NCBI GenBank assembly: GCA_030426125.1
Contig: JAUHZB010000001.1
Span: 158,583 to 222,582, forward strand
From: a bacterium
Lineage (GTDB): Bacteria; Patescibacteriota; Saccharimonadia; Saccharimonadales; AWTP1-31
Length of the DNA: 64,000 bases
Direction of reading: 5' to 3'
Part shown: positions 1 to 10,177 of the stretch, one piece after another
How the letters are laid out: each line of letters begins with the position of its first letter
Position numbering within the stretch: the stretch's first letter is position 1
Notes under the pieces: model-generated
Seen by the model: the letters and a program-made list of their open reading frames with translations, nothing else
What the model was told of the DNA's origin: nothing
Database searches by the model: none
Position numbers and translations under genes: made by a program

Positions 1-179
1 CCGATAACTACGGCTACTGAGTTTGTTATTAGGCCGAGTGTGCAAACTACAGTTGAGCTTAGTAACTGAGCTATATAGCTGAAAGAAAATTCACCTTTGC
101 CATGAAGGTGATGGGCAATAATATTTCTAGCATCACGGCGCGGTTCGGAAAGGTCATTGACAAATTGTAGGCCAAGCAT
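1..179 (-). CDS. 5' part of a membrane-protein gene running off the window (59 codons; possibly cation-efflux/CDF-like)
   Basis: ATG at 179-177 on the minus strand, with the frame open to position 1. Translation: MLGLQFVNDLSEPRRDARNIIAHHLHGKGEFSFSYIAQLLSSTVVCTLGLITNSVAVVIG. A His-rich stretch is followed by a hydrophobic helix. Absent from the ORF track because it is under 60 aa. Confidence 0.3.
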   Translation of the reverse strand, partial: MLGLQFVNDLSEPRRDARNIIAHHLHGKGEFSFSYIAQLLSSTVVCTLGLITNSVAVVI

Positions 180-259
180 AGGCACTATTATACTTCAATC
201 TCTATTCCCCAGCCACAACCAATATTATGGCTAAGCGCATATGCTAAAATTATAGGGAA

Positions 260-2038
260 ATGGTAAACAATAAAAAGGATTCTAGCACTGATCTTAACAA
301 CGAATTAGACGATATTTCGGAAACTGATGAGTTAGCTTACGAAAAAGAGCTAGATAAGATTGATGCCGAGACTAATGATTCACCAAACAGTGATTCAGAT
401 AACGACTCTATAGATGAAAATAAACCAAAAACCGATAAGCATACAGACCAACAACCAAAGCCAGGCTTAAAACAGAAAATAAAGACAGCTATTAAAAAAT
501 GGTGGAGAAATAAGAAGCTACGTTATTGGACATTTGCTGGTATTGGCATAGCATTACTGCTAGTAATCTTAATCCCACCTAGTCGCTACTTTCTACTAAA
601 TACTTTTGGCGTTCGGTCGAAGATGTCGATAGTCATCTACGACCAATCTTCAAAATTGCCACTGAAAAATGTTCAAGTGAATCTTAGCGGACAATCGACC
701 ATAACTGACATTGGTGGTCGGGCGGAGCTCAGTCACATAAAATTAGGTAGACAGAACTTAAATATTAATAAACGGGCCTTTGCTGAAATTAATCAGCCTG
801 TAACCATTGGTTGGGGCAGTAACCCGTTAGGCGATATCGAGGTCAAGCCAGTCGGAGCTCAGTATACTTTCTACCTGACAGACTGGTTAACTGGTAAGCA
901 GATTCCTGAAGCCGAAGCCGTTAGCGGTGAGTTTAGCGCTTTGGCCGACAGTGAAGGAAAGATAATATTAACCATTGACCCTAGCGATGAACAGGATCTT
1001 GAGGTAGAGGTTAGCTCCAAGGGCTATCGGACTGAAGAGATAAGTCTCGAGATAGCTAACAAAGCCAAACGCGATGTAGAAATGGTTTCCAGTAGAAAAC
1101 ATCCGTTTTTTAGTAGGCGCAGTGGGAGTTATGATCTTTACAAAATTGACGTAGACGGCAAGAATGAAGAACTAGTCTTAAAAGCTACTGGTACCGAAAC
1201 TGACAATTTCTCATTACTGTCACATCCGACTGAAGAAATAGTTGCTATGGTTAACACAAGAGAAGACGTAAGGAATCAGGATGGATATTTATTCCACACT
1301 TTAAACATCGTTGATCTTGATAGTAACGAAGCAGTTAAGATTGCCCAATCCGAAGTTATTAAGCTTATCGGCTGGAGCGATAATAAGCTGGTTTATCTAA
1401 GACGAGCAGCTGGAGCAAGTGCAGCTAACCCTGATCGCAATCGAATCTTTGTTTACGATAGTGCAACAACTGAGACTACCCAGATAGCTAGCGCAAACTC
1501 CTTTAATGACATTAAGCTGATAGGTTCTGATCTGTATTATGCACCAGGAAACACTTATCTTGCTGGAGTGTCTAGCAAATATATCCGTAAGTCTCTAGAT
1601 AACGATAAAGAAACCGTTATCGTTGAAAAGGAAGTCTGGAACGCTTTTCGCAAGAACTATGATCAGCTGGATCTATCTGTTAGTGGCCAGCTTTGGTATG
1701 AGTATCAGCTGGGAGACAATAAGGCTACAAAGAGTAGTGTAGTGCCTAGTTCATTTGACTCCAGAGAATACCTAGATAGTCCGGATAATAAACATAGTCT
1801 GTGGAGTGAAGACCGAGATGGCAAGGGGACTTTGTTGCTCTATAACCTTGAAGATAAGAAAGACAAAGTACTGGTAGAGGAATCTGGTCTAAGATCAGCC
1901 ATTAGATGGCTGGACCACGGCACCCTTATTTACCGGGTGTCTAGCTCCGAAGAAACTGCTGATTATGTTCTTAGTATTAACGGCGGTAAAGCGCACAAAA
2001 TAGCCGATATAACAGTAACTGAACAGCTGAACCAATAG
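260..2038 (+). CDS. Membrane-anchored envelope protein: acidic N-terminus, one TM, CarboxypepD_reg-like beta-sandwich, and a TolB/PD40-like propeller-like C-terminal region
   Basis: 592-aa ORF with TM segment WTFAGIGIALLLVILIPP. The block VIYDQSSKLPLKNVQVNLSGQ...GRAEL resembles carboxypeptidase-regulatory folds. Function unknown. Confidence 0.6.
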   Translation: MVNNKKDSSTDLNNELDDISETDELAYEKELDKIDAETNDSPNSDSDNDSIDENKPKTDKHTDQQPKPGLKQKIKTAIKKWWRNKKLRYWTFAGIGIALLLVILIPPSRYFLLNTFGVRSKMSIVIYDQSSKLPLKNVQVNLSGQSTITDIGGRAELSHIKLGRQNLNINKRAFAEINQPVTIGWGSNPLGDIEVKPVGAQYTFYLTDWLTGKQIPEAEAVSGEFSALADSEGKIILTIDPSDEQDLEVEVSSKGYRTEEISLEIANKAKRDVEMVSSRKHPFFSRRSGSYDLYKIDVDGKNEELVLKATGTETDNFSLLSHPTEEIVAMVNTREDVRNQDGYLFHTLNIVDLDSNEAVKIAQSEVIKLIGWSDNKLVYLRRAAGASAANPDRNRIFVYDSATTETTQIASANSFNDIKLIGSDLYYAPGNTYLAGVSSKYIRKSLDNDKETVIVEKEVWNAFRKNYDQLDLSVSGQLWYEYQLGDNKATKSSVVPSSFDSREYLDSPDNKHSLWSEDRDGKGTLLLYNLEDKKDKVLVEESGLRSAIRWLDHGTLIYRVSSSEETADYVLSINGGKAHKIADITVTEQLNQ

Positions 2039-2095
2039 GAATAAACAGCTAGGCTTGTTTCATTAAAGTAACCTTATACTTTATACTGCTTATGT

Positions 2096-2386
2096 ATGGA
2101 TGACTTTAACCCTCTTGATCTCAGTGCACCGCCAAAAAAAGTTACTGATGAGCCAAAGACTACAGTAAAAGAATTTGAGGCCAAACCAACCGTTAAGCGA
2201 GTTAGTATGGGCCCCTTATTTCACTCTAGAATTACGCGGGTCCTTGCTCTGATCCTAAGTGTTGTTTTGTTCGCTCTAATAGGCTACTCCGCTATGAACT
2301 ACTATCTGACTAGTAAAGATGCTAATAACACCTCTAGTAAACCGTTTATGCTACAATTAGGTTACAAGAATACGGAAAAGGGTTAA
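2096..2386 (+). CDS. Small single-TM protein
   Basis: 96-aa ORF with TM segment VLALILSVVLFALIGYSAM. Its stop overlaps the next start (TAATG at 2384-2388). Confidence 0.5.
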   Translation: MDDFNPLDLSAPPKKVTDEPKTTVKEFEAKPTVKRVSMGPLFHSRITRVLALILSVVLFALIGYSAMNYYLTSKDANNTSSKPFMLQLGYKNTEKG

Positions 2387-3036
2387 TGAAAAAAAAGATC
2401 ACTTTCTTCCTAGTGTTATCCATGTTTGGGCTTGGACTGCTAACGCCAGTTGTTGGCTTGGCTGCTACTGAAGATAAGCCGGAGACAACCACCGATAAAA
2501 TAGAGAAGACGCTGGATGCTCGTTACCAACAATACAAAAAAGATCACCCCACTAATTTGACCGAGAAGCAGTTAAATAGACTAAAGAATCTGTGTACGCC
2601 AGCTCAAGCTAAAACTAAGCAACTAACCCAAGTTGCCGTAGATAAAGGCGACAAGCGTTCTAAACTTTATCAGCAAATAGTTGAGAGGGTAGAGTCTTTG
2701 GTCGCTGAGCTAAAAGATTATGATGGTCAGGCAGAGATATCTATTGTCGAACTTGAAGTTAAAACAACCGAGCTAAAGGCCAAAGTAGATAGTTTTAAAT
2801 TAGATATATCTACTTACCAAGTTGCCTTAAATGACCTAAGTAGCATTAACTGTGAAGAGTTTACCGATACTTTCAAGTCTGCACTTGAAGAAGTAAGAGA
2901 GCAGAAAGCTGGCTTAGTCAGTTCCTCAGATGAAATTAAGCAACTTATTAACCAGAGCATTAAACCAGAATTAGCTAAGATTAAGGAAGCTCTGAGCGAA
3001 CAGACAGATAGCGCAGGAGATAAAGATAATGGATGA
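2386..3036 (+). CDS. Secreted coiled-coil protein
   Basis: Signal-peptide-like N-terminus MKKKITFFLVLSMFGLGLLTPVVGLAA, followed by Lys/Glu/Gln-rich heptad-like sequence. Confidence 0.6.
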   Translation: MKKKITFFLVLSMFGLGLLTPVVGLAATEDKPETTTDKIEKTLDARYQQYKKDHPTNLTEKQLNRLKNLCTPAQAKTKQLTQVAVDKGDKRSKLYQQIVERVESLVAELKDYDGQAEISIVELEVKTTELKAKVDSFKLDISTYQVALNDLSSINCEEFTDTFKSALEEVREQKAGLVSSSDEIKQLINQSIKPELAKIKEALSEQTDSAGDKDNG

Positions 3037-3889
3037 TATTAAACGACCACCAAAAAACACCAATCTTGCTTCAAATGGTACCGATCCTAAACCTAGTGTA
3101 TCGTCAAAAACTGGGCCTATCAGTCAAACTTCAGGTAGTTTAAATCAGGATGCAGCTACCAAGACTAGTAGAACTGCACCTAATATTGATCCTCCAAAGA
3201 CAACGGATAAACCTCCAGCACCAAAAGAACCAGTGTCTTTGGATCAACTGGATGGTGAACAGCCAAAAGCAGATAAACCGGCAGATAAACCTGCTTCGCC
3301 AGAAGAGGTAGCTCGGCAAGAACCTAAGCCGGCTCAGTCGGCAACTGCTGTTGATTCAAGTCCTCATGTTTACGATCCTAGCTCAAGTTCTAGTCAAAGC
3401 ATAGCAACCAAGCCTGAATCTAAGCCTAGCCTTAGTAGCAACCCTCAGAAGCCAGAAGCTGTGTCTAACGATGTTAAGTCGCCAGCTGCTAGTGAACCAT
3501 ATAAATCATCAGTTCAAACTAAAGCTGGCAATATTCCAACTACTGAACTTCCACCACCTCCAGATTTAAGTGATAGCAAGAAGGGAAAAGTAAGCAAAGC
3601 ACCAACCGATCATCCCAAGCGGAAGTTTAACTGGATGGTGGTAATAATCGCTTTGGTCTTAGCTCTAGCCTTAGCTGGTGGCGCTGGTTATGCCTACTGG
3701 CAGAGTCAGCAACAACCAACCAACACAACCCCAGTTGTAGAAAGATCAGATCCCGAGGAAGAAGACAGCGGAGTATCTGCTGAAGATATAGATAATGCGA
3801 CTAGCGACATAGACAAGGCTCTACAAGAAATAGAAGAAACCGATGAGGTGCTTAACAGTGATCTAACCGATCAAGGTTTAGAGCTTTAA
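3029..3889 (+). CDS. Pro/Ser/Lys-rich low-complexity protein with a C-terminal TM and acidic tail
   Basis: 286-aa ORF. Its start overlaps the upstream stop by 8 nt (ATGGATGA). TM segment WMVVIIALVLALALAGGAGYAYW. Confidence 0.6.
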   Translation: MDDIKRPPKNTNLASNGTDPKPSVSSKTGPISQTSGSLNQDAATKTSRTAPNIDPPKTTDKPPAPKEPVSLDQLDGEQPKADKPADKPASPEEVARQEPKPAQSATAVDSSPHVYDPSSSSSQSIATKPESKPSLSSNPQKPEAVSNDVKSPAASEPYKSSVQTKAGNIPTTELPPPPDLSDSKKGKVSKAPTDHPKRKFNWMVVIIALVLALALAGGAGYAYWQSQQQPTNTTPVVERSDPEEEDSGVSAEDIDNATSDIDKALQEIEETDEVLNSDLTDQGLEL

Positions 3890-3945
3890 AAATTAGACAA
3901 ATAAAGTATTTGCTGGTCGCGGTGTAAAGCAGTTAGAATAAACAT

Positions 3946-4839
3946 ATGGATTTTTTATATAGATTTGCCGCCGAAGATCAGTTCCAGGGTTTTTTGGATA
4001 ATGCTCAGACTTGGTTTAGCGAACATGGTCTAAATATATTGTTTATTATCTCCGGTTCATGGCTAATTGGTAAGATAGCTATCGCTGTAGTGCATGGCGT
4101 GCTTATTAACGCTATGAAAGAGCACTACTTCAAATCGGATAGTGATCGGAAGAAGCGAGCTGACACATTGCATGGTCTAATCTCTGCAGTCATTAAGATT
4201 GCCGTTCTTCTAGTCGCCACCGCCATGATAATCGACGAACTAGGCATTAATACGGCACCACTACTAGCAAGTGCTGGTGTGATGGGTGTAGCCTTAGGTA
4301 TCGGGGCCCAGTCTTTCATTAAAGACTTTGTCAGTGGTATTTTCATAATTAGCGAAAACCAGTTTAGGGTTGGCGATGTTGTCGAGCTGGAGGCTGGTGC
4401 TGCCGCGCCAGTTAGCGGTAGTGTTGAATCAATCACTATTAGAACTACAATCCTACGAGATATTAATGGTATTCGTCACCATATTCCTAATGGGAACATC
4501 ACCATAGCTAGTAACAGCACTATTGGCTTTAGTTTAATTAATGAAACTCTAGTAGTTGATCAGTCAACAGATCTACAAAAACTAACCGATATTATTAACC
4601 AAATCGGGGCTGAGATGTCTAAAGACCCGAGCACTGGACCGTTCATAAAAGAACAGCTAAACATGGCTCAGATTGCTGGCTATAACGAACGGGGAATTAC
4701 TGTTTCAATCCGAGGTAAGACAGCACCAGGTAAGCAATGGGCTATTAAAGCAGAGTTCTATTCAAGGCTTCAGCCAGAGCTTAAAAAAGCCAAGATAAAG
4801 GTTCCTGTTGCTCCAGTGTTGGCGGGGCAAGGGAAGTAG
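3946..4839 (+). CDS. mscS: Small-conductance mechanosensitive channel (MscS family)
   Basis: Three N-terminal TMs. The pore-helix/beta-domain signature GVALGIGAQSFIKDFVSGIFIISENQFRVGDVVE is typical of MscS. Confidence 0.85.
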   Translation: MDFLYRFAAEDQFQGFLDNAQTWFSEHGLNILFIISGSWLIGKIAIAVVHGVLINAMKEHYFKSDSDRKKRADTLHGLISAVIKIAVLLVATAMIIDELGINTAPLLASAGVMGVALGIGAQSFIKDFVSGIFIISENQFRVGDVVELEAGAAAPVSGSVESITIRTTILRDINGIRHHIPNGNITIASNSTIGFSLINETLVVDQSTDLQKLTDIINQIGAEMSKDPSTGPFIKEQLNMAQIAGYNERGITVSIRGKTAPGKQWAIKAEFYSRLQPELKKAKIKVPVAPVLAGQGK

Positions 4840-4847
4840 GAAATAAG

Positions 4848-5450
4848 TTGGCCAGATCGCCGATTCTCAGTAGCCTAAGCCAGGCAGATAGCTTGCTTAA
4901 AGATGGCAAAATTGGAGTAATTCCGACAGATACGATTTATGGTCTGGCTGTGTGTGCTAAAAAGCCCGAGGCTGTCGATAGGTTGTTTAGCGAAGTTAAA
5001 CCACGCGATAAAAAACCAGGAACTATTATTGCTAGCAGTATTGATCAGTTAGTTGAACTGGGGCTGAAACGCAGGTATTTAACTGCTGTAGAACAATATT
5101 GGCCTGGTGCTATTAGTATAGAGATACCAATCAGTAATGGACTAGAATATCTTCATCGGGGCCATAAATTTTTAGCCGTTAGAATACCAGACGATCAACA
5201 ACTAAGGGGACTGCTGGATAATACAGGGCCGTTGATGACGACTAGCGCAAATTCTCCTGGTGAGCCAGTTGCACTAAACATAGAGCAGGCAATTGACGAG
5301 TTTAAAGATAAGGTTGATTTTTATGTAGATGGCGGCAGTTTAGAAGACAGACTACCTTCAACGGTAATTAGAATTAATGATGACGCTATAGAAGTATTAC
5401 GATCCGGGGCTGTTAAGATAAATGAAGCAACAGGTCGAATTGAGGATTAA
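4848..5450 (+). CDS. tsaC: L-threonylcarbamoyladenylate synthase (YrdC/Sua5 family, short form)
   Basis: TTG start. Motifs GVIPTDTIYGLAV, MTTSANSPGEP and PSTVIR are characteristic of YrdC/TsaC. Confidence 0.85.
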   Translation: MARSPILSSLSQADSLLKDGKIGVIPTDTIYGLAVCAKKPEAVDRLFSEVKPRDKKPGTIIASSIDQLVELGLKRRYLTAVEQYWPGAISIEIPISNGLEYLHRGHKFLAVRIPDDQQLRGLLDNTGPLMTTSANSPGEPVALNIEQAIDEFKDKVDFYVDGGSLEDRLPSTVIRINDDAIEVLRSGAVKINEATGRIED

Positions 5451-5500
5451 TATCCATAGATAATAGTGATATCAAGAAATAACAGCAGGAGGTAAGGACG

Positions 5501-5833
5501 ATGACATTTGATGAATACCAAAAACAAGCATTAACTACAGCTATAAACAACAAAGATCCATTGATGGATAAAACTATATGGGCTATGGGTATTAGTGGCG
5601 AAGCTGGTGAAGTACTTGAGAAATGGAAGAAGATCGTAGCATATAAGGATGGTCAAATATCTGAAGAAGATAAGCTAGAGATCAAGAAAGAACTTGGTGA
5701 TGTAGTTTGGTATGTGGCGCTACTAGCCGATAGCTTAGATTTAAGCTTCGACGATGTCATGCAATTAAATCTAAGTAAGCTAGCTGATCGAAAAAAGCGA
5801 GGAGCTCAAAAGGGAGCTGGGGATAATAGATAG
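5501..5833 (+). CDS. MazG-like nucleotide pyrophosphohydrolase (small all-alpha NTP-PPase)
   Basis: SD sequence GGAGG lies upstream. Motifs EAGEVLEKWKK and ELGDVVWYVALLA match the MazG EEXX(E/D) pattern. Confidence 0.8.
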   Translation: MTFDEYQKQALTTAINNKDPLMDKTIWAMGISGEAGEVLEKWKKIVAYKDGQISEEDKLEIKKELGDVVWYVALLADSLDLSFDDVMQLNLSKLADRKKRGAQKGAGDNR

Positions 5834-5875
5834 GATACAAATAGATCTTGCTTAAAATACTGACAGATTGTTAAG

Positions 5876-7174
5876 TTAATTCTCTGTAAATTGTTTACGT
5901 AGCCACTCATCTAGACTATCTCCACCACCACCAGCCATACCAACAACTATTGCTCCTTCATCTATGTATTGTTGAATAGTTGTTTTTAGCTGATCATCAC
6001 GCTCCATGGCCGTTGCTATCGCTGGATTAGATAGTTTTGCTATTAACTCTTTAGGGCTAATTATTCGTTCACCCGGGTCTTCGCGGGCTAGGTAGCTGGG
6101 AATCCATATTAGTTTATCTACTCCTTCAAAACAGTCCTTATAGTCATCTTGCATATGGACTTGTCGACGGTTGGTTAGTCCTTCATAAACGACAACTAAA
6201 TCCTTTCCTTGCTCGGTAGACACTTCTTTGGCTACGCTTACAGCGGCTTTAATCTTTTCTGGTGTGTGGGCGTAATCACTGTAGAGGTTCGGTATTATTT
6301 CTTCCATCCGTCTTTGCAGGCCAGGGAATCTGTTCATAATTTCTATCAATTTGCTTATCGGGGTTTTAGATATTTCGTGGACCGCCTCTATAGCTAGCCT
6401 GGCATCTAGTCGGTTATATAGTCCCGCTAGTTTAATGTTGTTAATATCTGGATGATCGGTATTTAGTACAGTAGTGTTCTTAATTGACTTCAAGCTTAGA
6501 TAGTCAAAGTCTTCTTGCCAAAGGATTGAATATTTAGATTGACCTAGAAAGTCACGGAAAGCGGATTGGTATTCTTCTCTAGTGGGGTAGATCTCATGAT
6601 GATCCCAGCTAACTCCGGATATAACTGACATGTATGGTTCAAACTCTAAGAAGTTTCGATCGAATTCATCGCATTCATAGATGAAATATTCGCTGTTTTT
6701 ATCGAATTGGCCCATGTCTCCGAAGCTTAGTTTGGCGCCGACTGAATAGCTTATAGGAAGCTTTAACTCTTTCATTAACCAAACAACCATGGCTGTGGTT
6801 GTTGTTTTGCCATGTGTTCCGGCAATAGCTAGCATCTTGAGTTTATTGTCCCTAAGTATTCGGTTCAGTAGTTCAGCTCGTTTACTGGTGTAGATTGATT
6901 CGTCTTTAGCGAATAACAGTTCTGGGTGCTGTGGGTTCTCTTTGGTTAATGCCGAAGAATATACAAACCAATCTATTGGATTTCGGTGGTGTACTGCTCC
7001 TATTTTTCCGGTTTCTTGTCCTATGACAATATCTTTAATCCCTTTTTTCTTTAGATACTGGACATAGCTAGAGTCTTGTTTGTCGCTACCGGAAACTTGG
7101 TAGCCGGCTTGCTTGGCAATTAAGGCTAGCGGGCCAATACCAGCGCCACCAATTCCACTAAAGTAAATATGCAT
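5876..7174 (-). CDS. murC: Mur ligase, UDP-N-acetylmuramate--L-alanine ligase-like (MurC/Mpl)
   Basis: N-terminal Rossmann motif FSGIGGAGIGPLA. ATP-binding P-loop AIAGTHGKTTTTAM. Confidence 0.8.
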   Translation of the reverse strand: MHIYFSGIGGAGIGPLALIAKQAGYQVSGSDKQDSSYVQYLKKKGIKDIVIGQETGKIGAVHHRNPIDWFVYSSALTKENPQHPELLFAKDESIYTSKRAELLNRILRDNKLKMLAIAGTHGKTTTTAMVVWLMKELKLPISYSVGAKLSFGDMGQFDKNSEYFIYECDEFDRNFLEFEPYMSVISGVSWDHHEIYPTREEYQSAFRDFLGQSKYSILWQEDFDYLSLKSIKNTTVLNTDHPDINNIKLAGLYNRLDARLAIEAVHEISKTPISKLIEIMNRFPGLQRRMEEIIPNLYSDYAHTPEKIKAAVSVAKEVSTEQGKDLVVVYEGLTNRRQVHMQDDYKDCFEGVDKLIWIPSYLAREDPGERIISPKELIAKLSNPAIATAMERDDQLKTTIQQYIDEGAIVVGMAGGGGDSLDEWLRKQFTEN

Positions 7175-7246
7175 ATGTATATTTTACCTTGAGTTAGGCT
7201 ATAATGACACCATAGAGCTAATGCTAAATAAATATAATAAGGGTTT

Positions 7247-8473
7247 ATGTTAAAAAAGCTGTTAAGTAAAAGACTGCACCATCGACATTACTGGCGTAAA
7301 ACTAAGTTTAATGAATTAAATGAAATTTATGTTCTAATGCTAGTGCGCGGATTATCGCTGAGTATGATGGGTTTATTTATCCCAGTCTTTTTGTTTAATA
7401 TTGGCTTTGCTTTAACCAGTATTTTATTAGTAGTAATCTTCTATTTTCTGACCAGAACCTTCGCCGACTATTTAAGTGCTTTTTTAGTGGCAAGGTTCGG
7501 ACCTAAGCACATCTTATTTGTAGGTCAGATAATGTTTATGCTGACATCGGTGTTGTTTTTAACTTTAGAGTCTATGAATTGGCCACTGTGGTTCATTGGG
7601 TTGTTCTGGGGTGTTTCGCAGTCGATGTTCTTTATTGCGTTCGACACCGATTTCTCAAAGATCAAGCACTCCGATCACAGTGGGAAAGAACTTAGCTACA
7701 TTTTAATTATGAGCAAAGTCGGTGCTTTTATTGGGCCAATTCTGGGTGGTTTAGTTGGTCATTTTGTCGGTCCTAGCTTTATTTTTGCATTTTCATCAAT
7801 TGCTATGATACTTGGATTAATTCCGCTGTTTAAGACTCGTGAGCCAACCCACACTAGACAGCATTTAGATTACGCCAGCTTCGATATTTCTAAAGTTTCA
7901 AAAATTGTTCCATCATTCTTGGCGGTTAATATTGAGAACACTATTTCTGTCACTCTGTGGCCGTTATTCCTAGGTGTTTTTGTATTTATTGGCGATTCGG
8001 CGTTTATTAACATTGGAATTATAACTTCGATTGCTACTTTAGTTTCTATAATATCTTCTTATAAAATTGGACAGTTGGTTGACGCTGGTAACGGTAGGTG
8101 GTTGCTAAGGATTAGTAGCGTAGTTAACGCCGTTGTCCACTTTTTAAGGGTTATAACTTCTTCCTATCCGGTAGCTTTAACTATAAATATCCTGCATGAC
8201 ATCTTGGCTATTGGTTTTAGACTGCCTTACTTCAAGGGTTACTATAACGACGTTGATAGTTATCCAGGCCACCGGATTGTAGTTCTGAGTATCATGGAGT
8301 CGCTTGCTAGTTTCACTAAATTGACAGTTTACTGTCTATTGTTTGTTGTGGCTCACTTCGTATCAATCAAGACCACTCTAACCCTTTCCTTTATAATTGC
8401 TGGTGTGGCATCGCTTCTAATAAACACAGAAAATTTTATATCGCTAGATAAAGACGCTAAGAGAGGACACTGA
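7247..8473 (+). CDS. MFS-type transporter (about 12 TM)
   Basis: 408 aa, hydrophobic throughout, with a two-times-six TM layout. Substrate unknown. Confidence 0.65.
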   Translation: MLKKLLSKRLHHRHYWRKTKFNELNEIYVLMLVRGLSLSMMGLFIPVFLFNIGFALTSILLVVIFYFLTRTFADYLSAFLVARFGPKHILFVGQIMFMLTSVLFLTLESMNWPLWFIGLFWGVSQSMFFIAFDTDFSKIKHSDHSGKELSYILIMSKVGAFIGPILGGLVGHFVGPSFIFAFSSIAMILGLIPLFKTREPTHTRQHLDYASFDISKVSKIVPSFLAVNIENTISVTLWPLFLGVFVFIGDSAFINIGIITSIATLVSIISSYKIGQLVDAGNGRWLLRISSVVNAVVHFLRVITSSYPVALTINILHDILAIGFRLPYFKGYYNDVDSYPGHRIVVLSIMESLASFTKLTVYCLLFVVAHFVSIKTTLTLSFIIAGVASLLINTENFISLDKDAKRGH

Positions 8474-9090
8474 TGGATAAGAGATTCTTCAAACGGTTTA
8501 ATAAATTATTACGCTCAGTTAATATCTGGATTTTTTTAGTTATTGCTGTAGTGGCTGGTTTGGTCGCTATATATTCACTGCGCCAGAATAACCTCAGAGC
8601 AATCGAACTGCGTAACCAGGTTGTTGAAGTAGATAAAAACAATGGTGACGTTGAATCAGCCCTAAGAGAGCTAAGAGAGCATATTTATTCGCATATGAAT
8701 ACTAATCTTTCCAGTGGCGATAATTCCATCTCTCAACCGATTCAATTAAAGTATCGCTATGAGCGACTGGTTGAAGCCGAACAGAAGAAACTAAGTGTTC
8801 AAAATACTCAGATCTATACCGAGGCACAGGCAGAATGTGAAAAACAATTTCCAGTTGGTCTGTCAGGCAGTGGCCGGATACCTTGCATTACTGAGTATGT
8901 AAGTGCTCGTGGAGTAGAGCAAAAAGAAATTCCTGAGGAGCTCTATAAATTCGACTTTGTAGCGCCTTTTTGGTCACCAGATCTAGCCGGCTGGAGCTTG
9001 GTAATTAGTAGTATTGCCCTGGCGCTGTTTGTGATACGTTTTGGACTTGAGAAGTACGTCCAGAAAGAAATTAGAGATCTCAGCAACTAA
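8473..9090 (+). CDS. Membrane protein with N- and C-terminal TM helices
   Basis: Its start overlaps the MFS gene stop (TGATG). 205-aa ORF with no recognisable family. Confidence 0.5.
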   Translation: MDKRFFKRFNKLLRSVNIWIFLVIAVVAGLVAIYSLRQNNLRAIELRNQVVEVDKNNGDVESALRELREHIYSHMNTNLSSGDNSISQPIQLKYRYERLVEAEQKKLSVQNTQIYTEAQAECEKQFPVGLSGSGRIPCITEYVSARGVEQKEIPEELYKFDFVAPFWSPDLAGWSLVISSIALALFVIRFGLEKYVQKEIRDLSN

Positions 9091-9221
9091 ATAACAGCTA
9101 AAATATATCGCCAAATTAACAGGGGTCACCGGTGGTAACAGGGATAATTCTATTGACAAGCATATAATTAACAGAGTATGTTAGGGGTGCATTATTAAAT
9201 AAGCGAGGGAGACAGAGTAAG

Positions 9222-9419
9222 ATGGCTTACAAGCACACAAACTCAAAGGGTGTAACATATCACCTAAATTCAAAAAAAGTAGTACTACGTGGTGGCAAAG
9301 AACAAACAATTTATTACTTCAGTAAGGACGTTCGCCCAGAAGCAACTGATCTACCTGATGGCTTCTCAGTAAACGAAAACCCACGAAACGGCTTTCTTAC
9401 TGTAAAGCGAAACAAATAA
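9222..9419 (+). CDS. Small basic protein (65 aa), unknown function
   Basis: Strong SD (GAGGGAG) upstream and a strong intrinsic terminator downstream. Confidence 0.6.
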   Translation: MAYKHTNSKGVTYHLNSKKVVLRGGKEQTIYYFSKDVRPEATDLPDGFSVNENPRNGFLTVKRNK

Positions 9420-9463
9420 TTTAGACTCAGAGCTATAACTTATAGCGATATAGTTTAAATACT

Positions 9464-9496
9464 AATACCCCTAGGTAATACCAGGGGTATTTTTTA
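9464..9496 (+). terminator. Rho-independent terminator
   Basis: AATACCCCT (9464-9472) pairs with AGGGGTATT (9483-9491) around a 10-nt loop. A T-run follows, ending at about 9495. Confidence 0.7.
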
Positions 9497-9565
9497 TTGC
9501 ACTCATGCTTGCTTTGTGGTTTAGGCTATGGAAAACTGGGTTAGATGTGTCAAGGAAATAGATAG

Positions 9566-10147
9566 ATGGTTAATCCAGAAACTGAACAAAAGGTAAATAA
9601 TATCCCAGGTTTTTTTAATAGGATTAATCCTAGAAATGCTATCGGGGTGGTTGCAACATTTGCCGTTTTAGCTGTCCCTGGAATTATTGCGGGCTGGAGA
9701 GATGCCAGGCAGGACCAAGCTAGATTAGAGGCGGTTGAATTGGAGTATCAGTTAGCGCTAGAGAGTTACAACGATAATGAAAGGAAATTCACAGAGAGTC
9801 TAGAAAATTTAGCTGATGACTGCGAACTACTGACCAGAGCGTATTTAGATGGCGGTCAGTATGAAGATTTTCCTAATGCAGCTGCCCGGATTATTCTAGG
9901 CCAGAGTGATGAATGCCAAGAAGAGCCGGTTGATCTGGTAGCTGAATTGAGGGACCAGCAGGATAGAATAAGTGAATCAGAAACGTCTCTTGATGAAATT
10001 CAATATGATTTAGAGAATAAATCTAGCGATGCCGAAGCGAACTGGGAAGTTGCCCAATATGCTATTGTTGGGGTGCCAGTAGTTTTGGGCGTTATAGTCG
10101 GTTCTGTTGGGGTATTGATGGCATTTAGTAAGGAAAGATATTCATAG
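9566..10147 (+). CDS. Two-TM protein with an acidic coiled-coil middle
   Basis: 193-aa ORF with TM segments near both ends. No family recognised. Confidence 0.5.
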   Translation: MVNPETEQKVNNIPGFFNRINPRNAIGVVATFAVLAVPGIIAGWRDARQDQARLEAVELEYQLALESYNDNERKFTESLENLADDCELLTRAYLDGGQYEDFPNAAARIILGQSDECQEEPVDLVAELRDQQDRISESETSLDEIQYDLENKSSDAEANWEVAQYAIVGVPVVLGVIVGSVGVLMAFSKERYS

Positions 10148-10177
10148 CTAATTTTTCAGATGCTATAATTCCTATAA

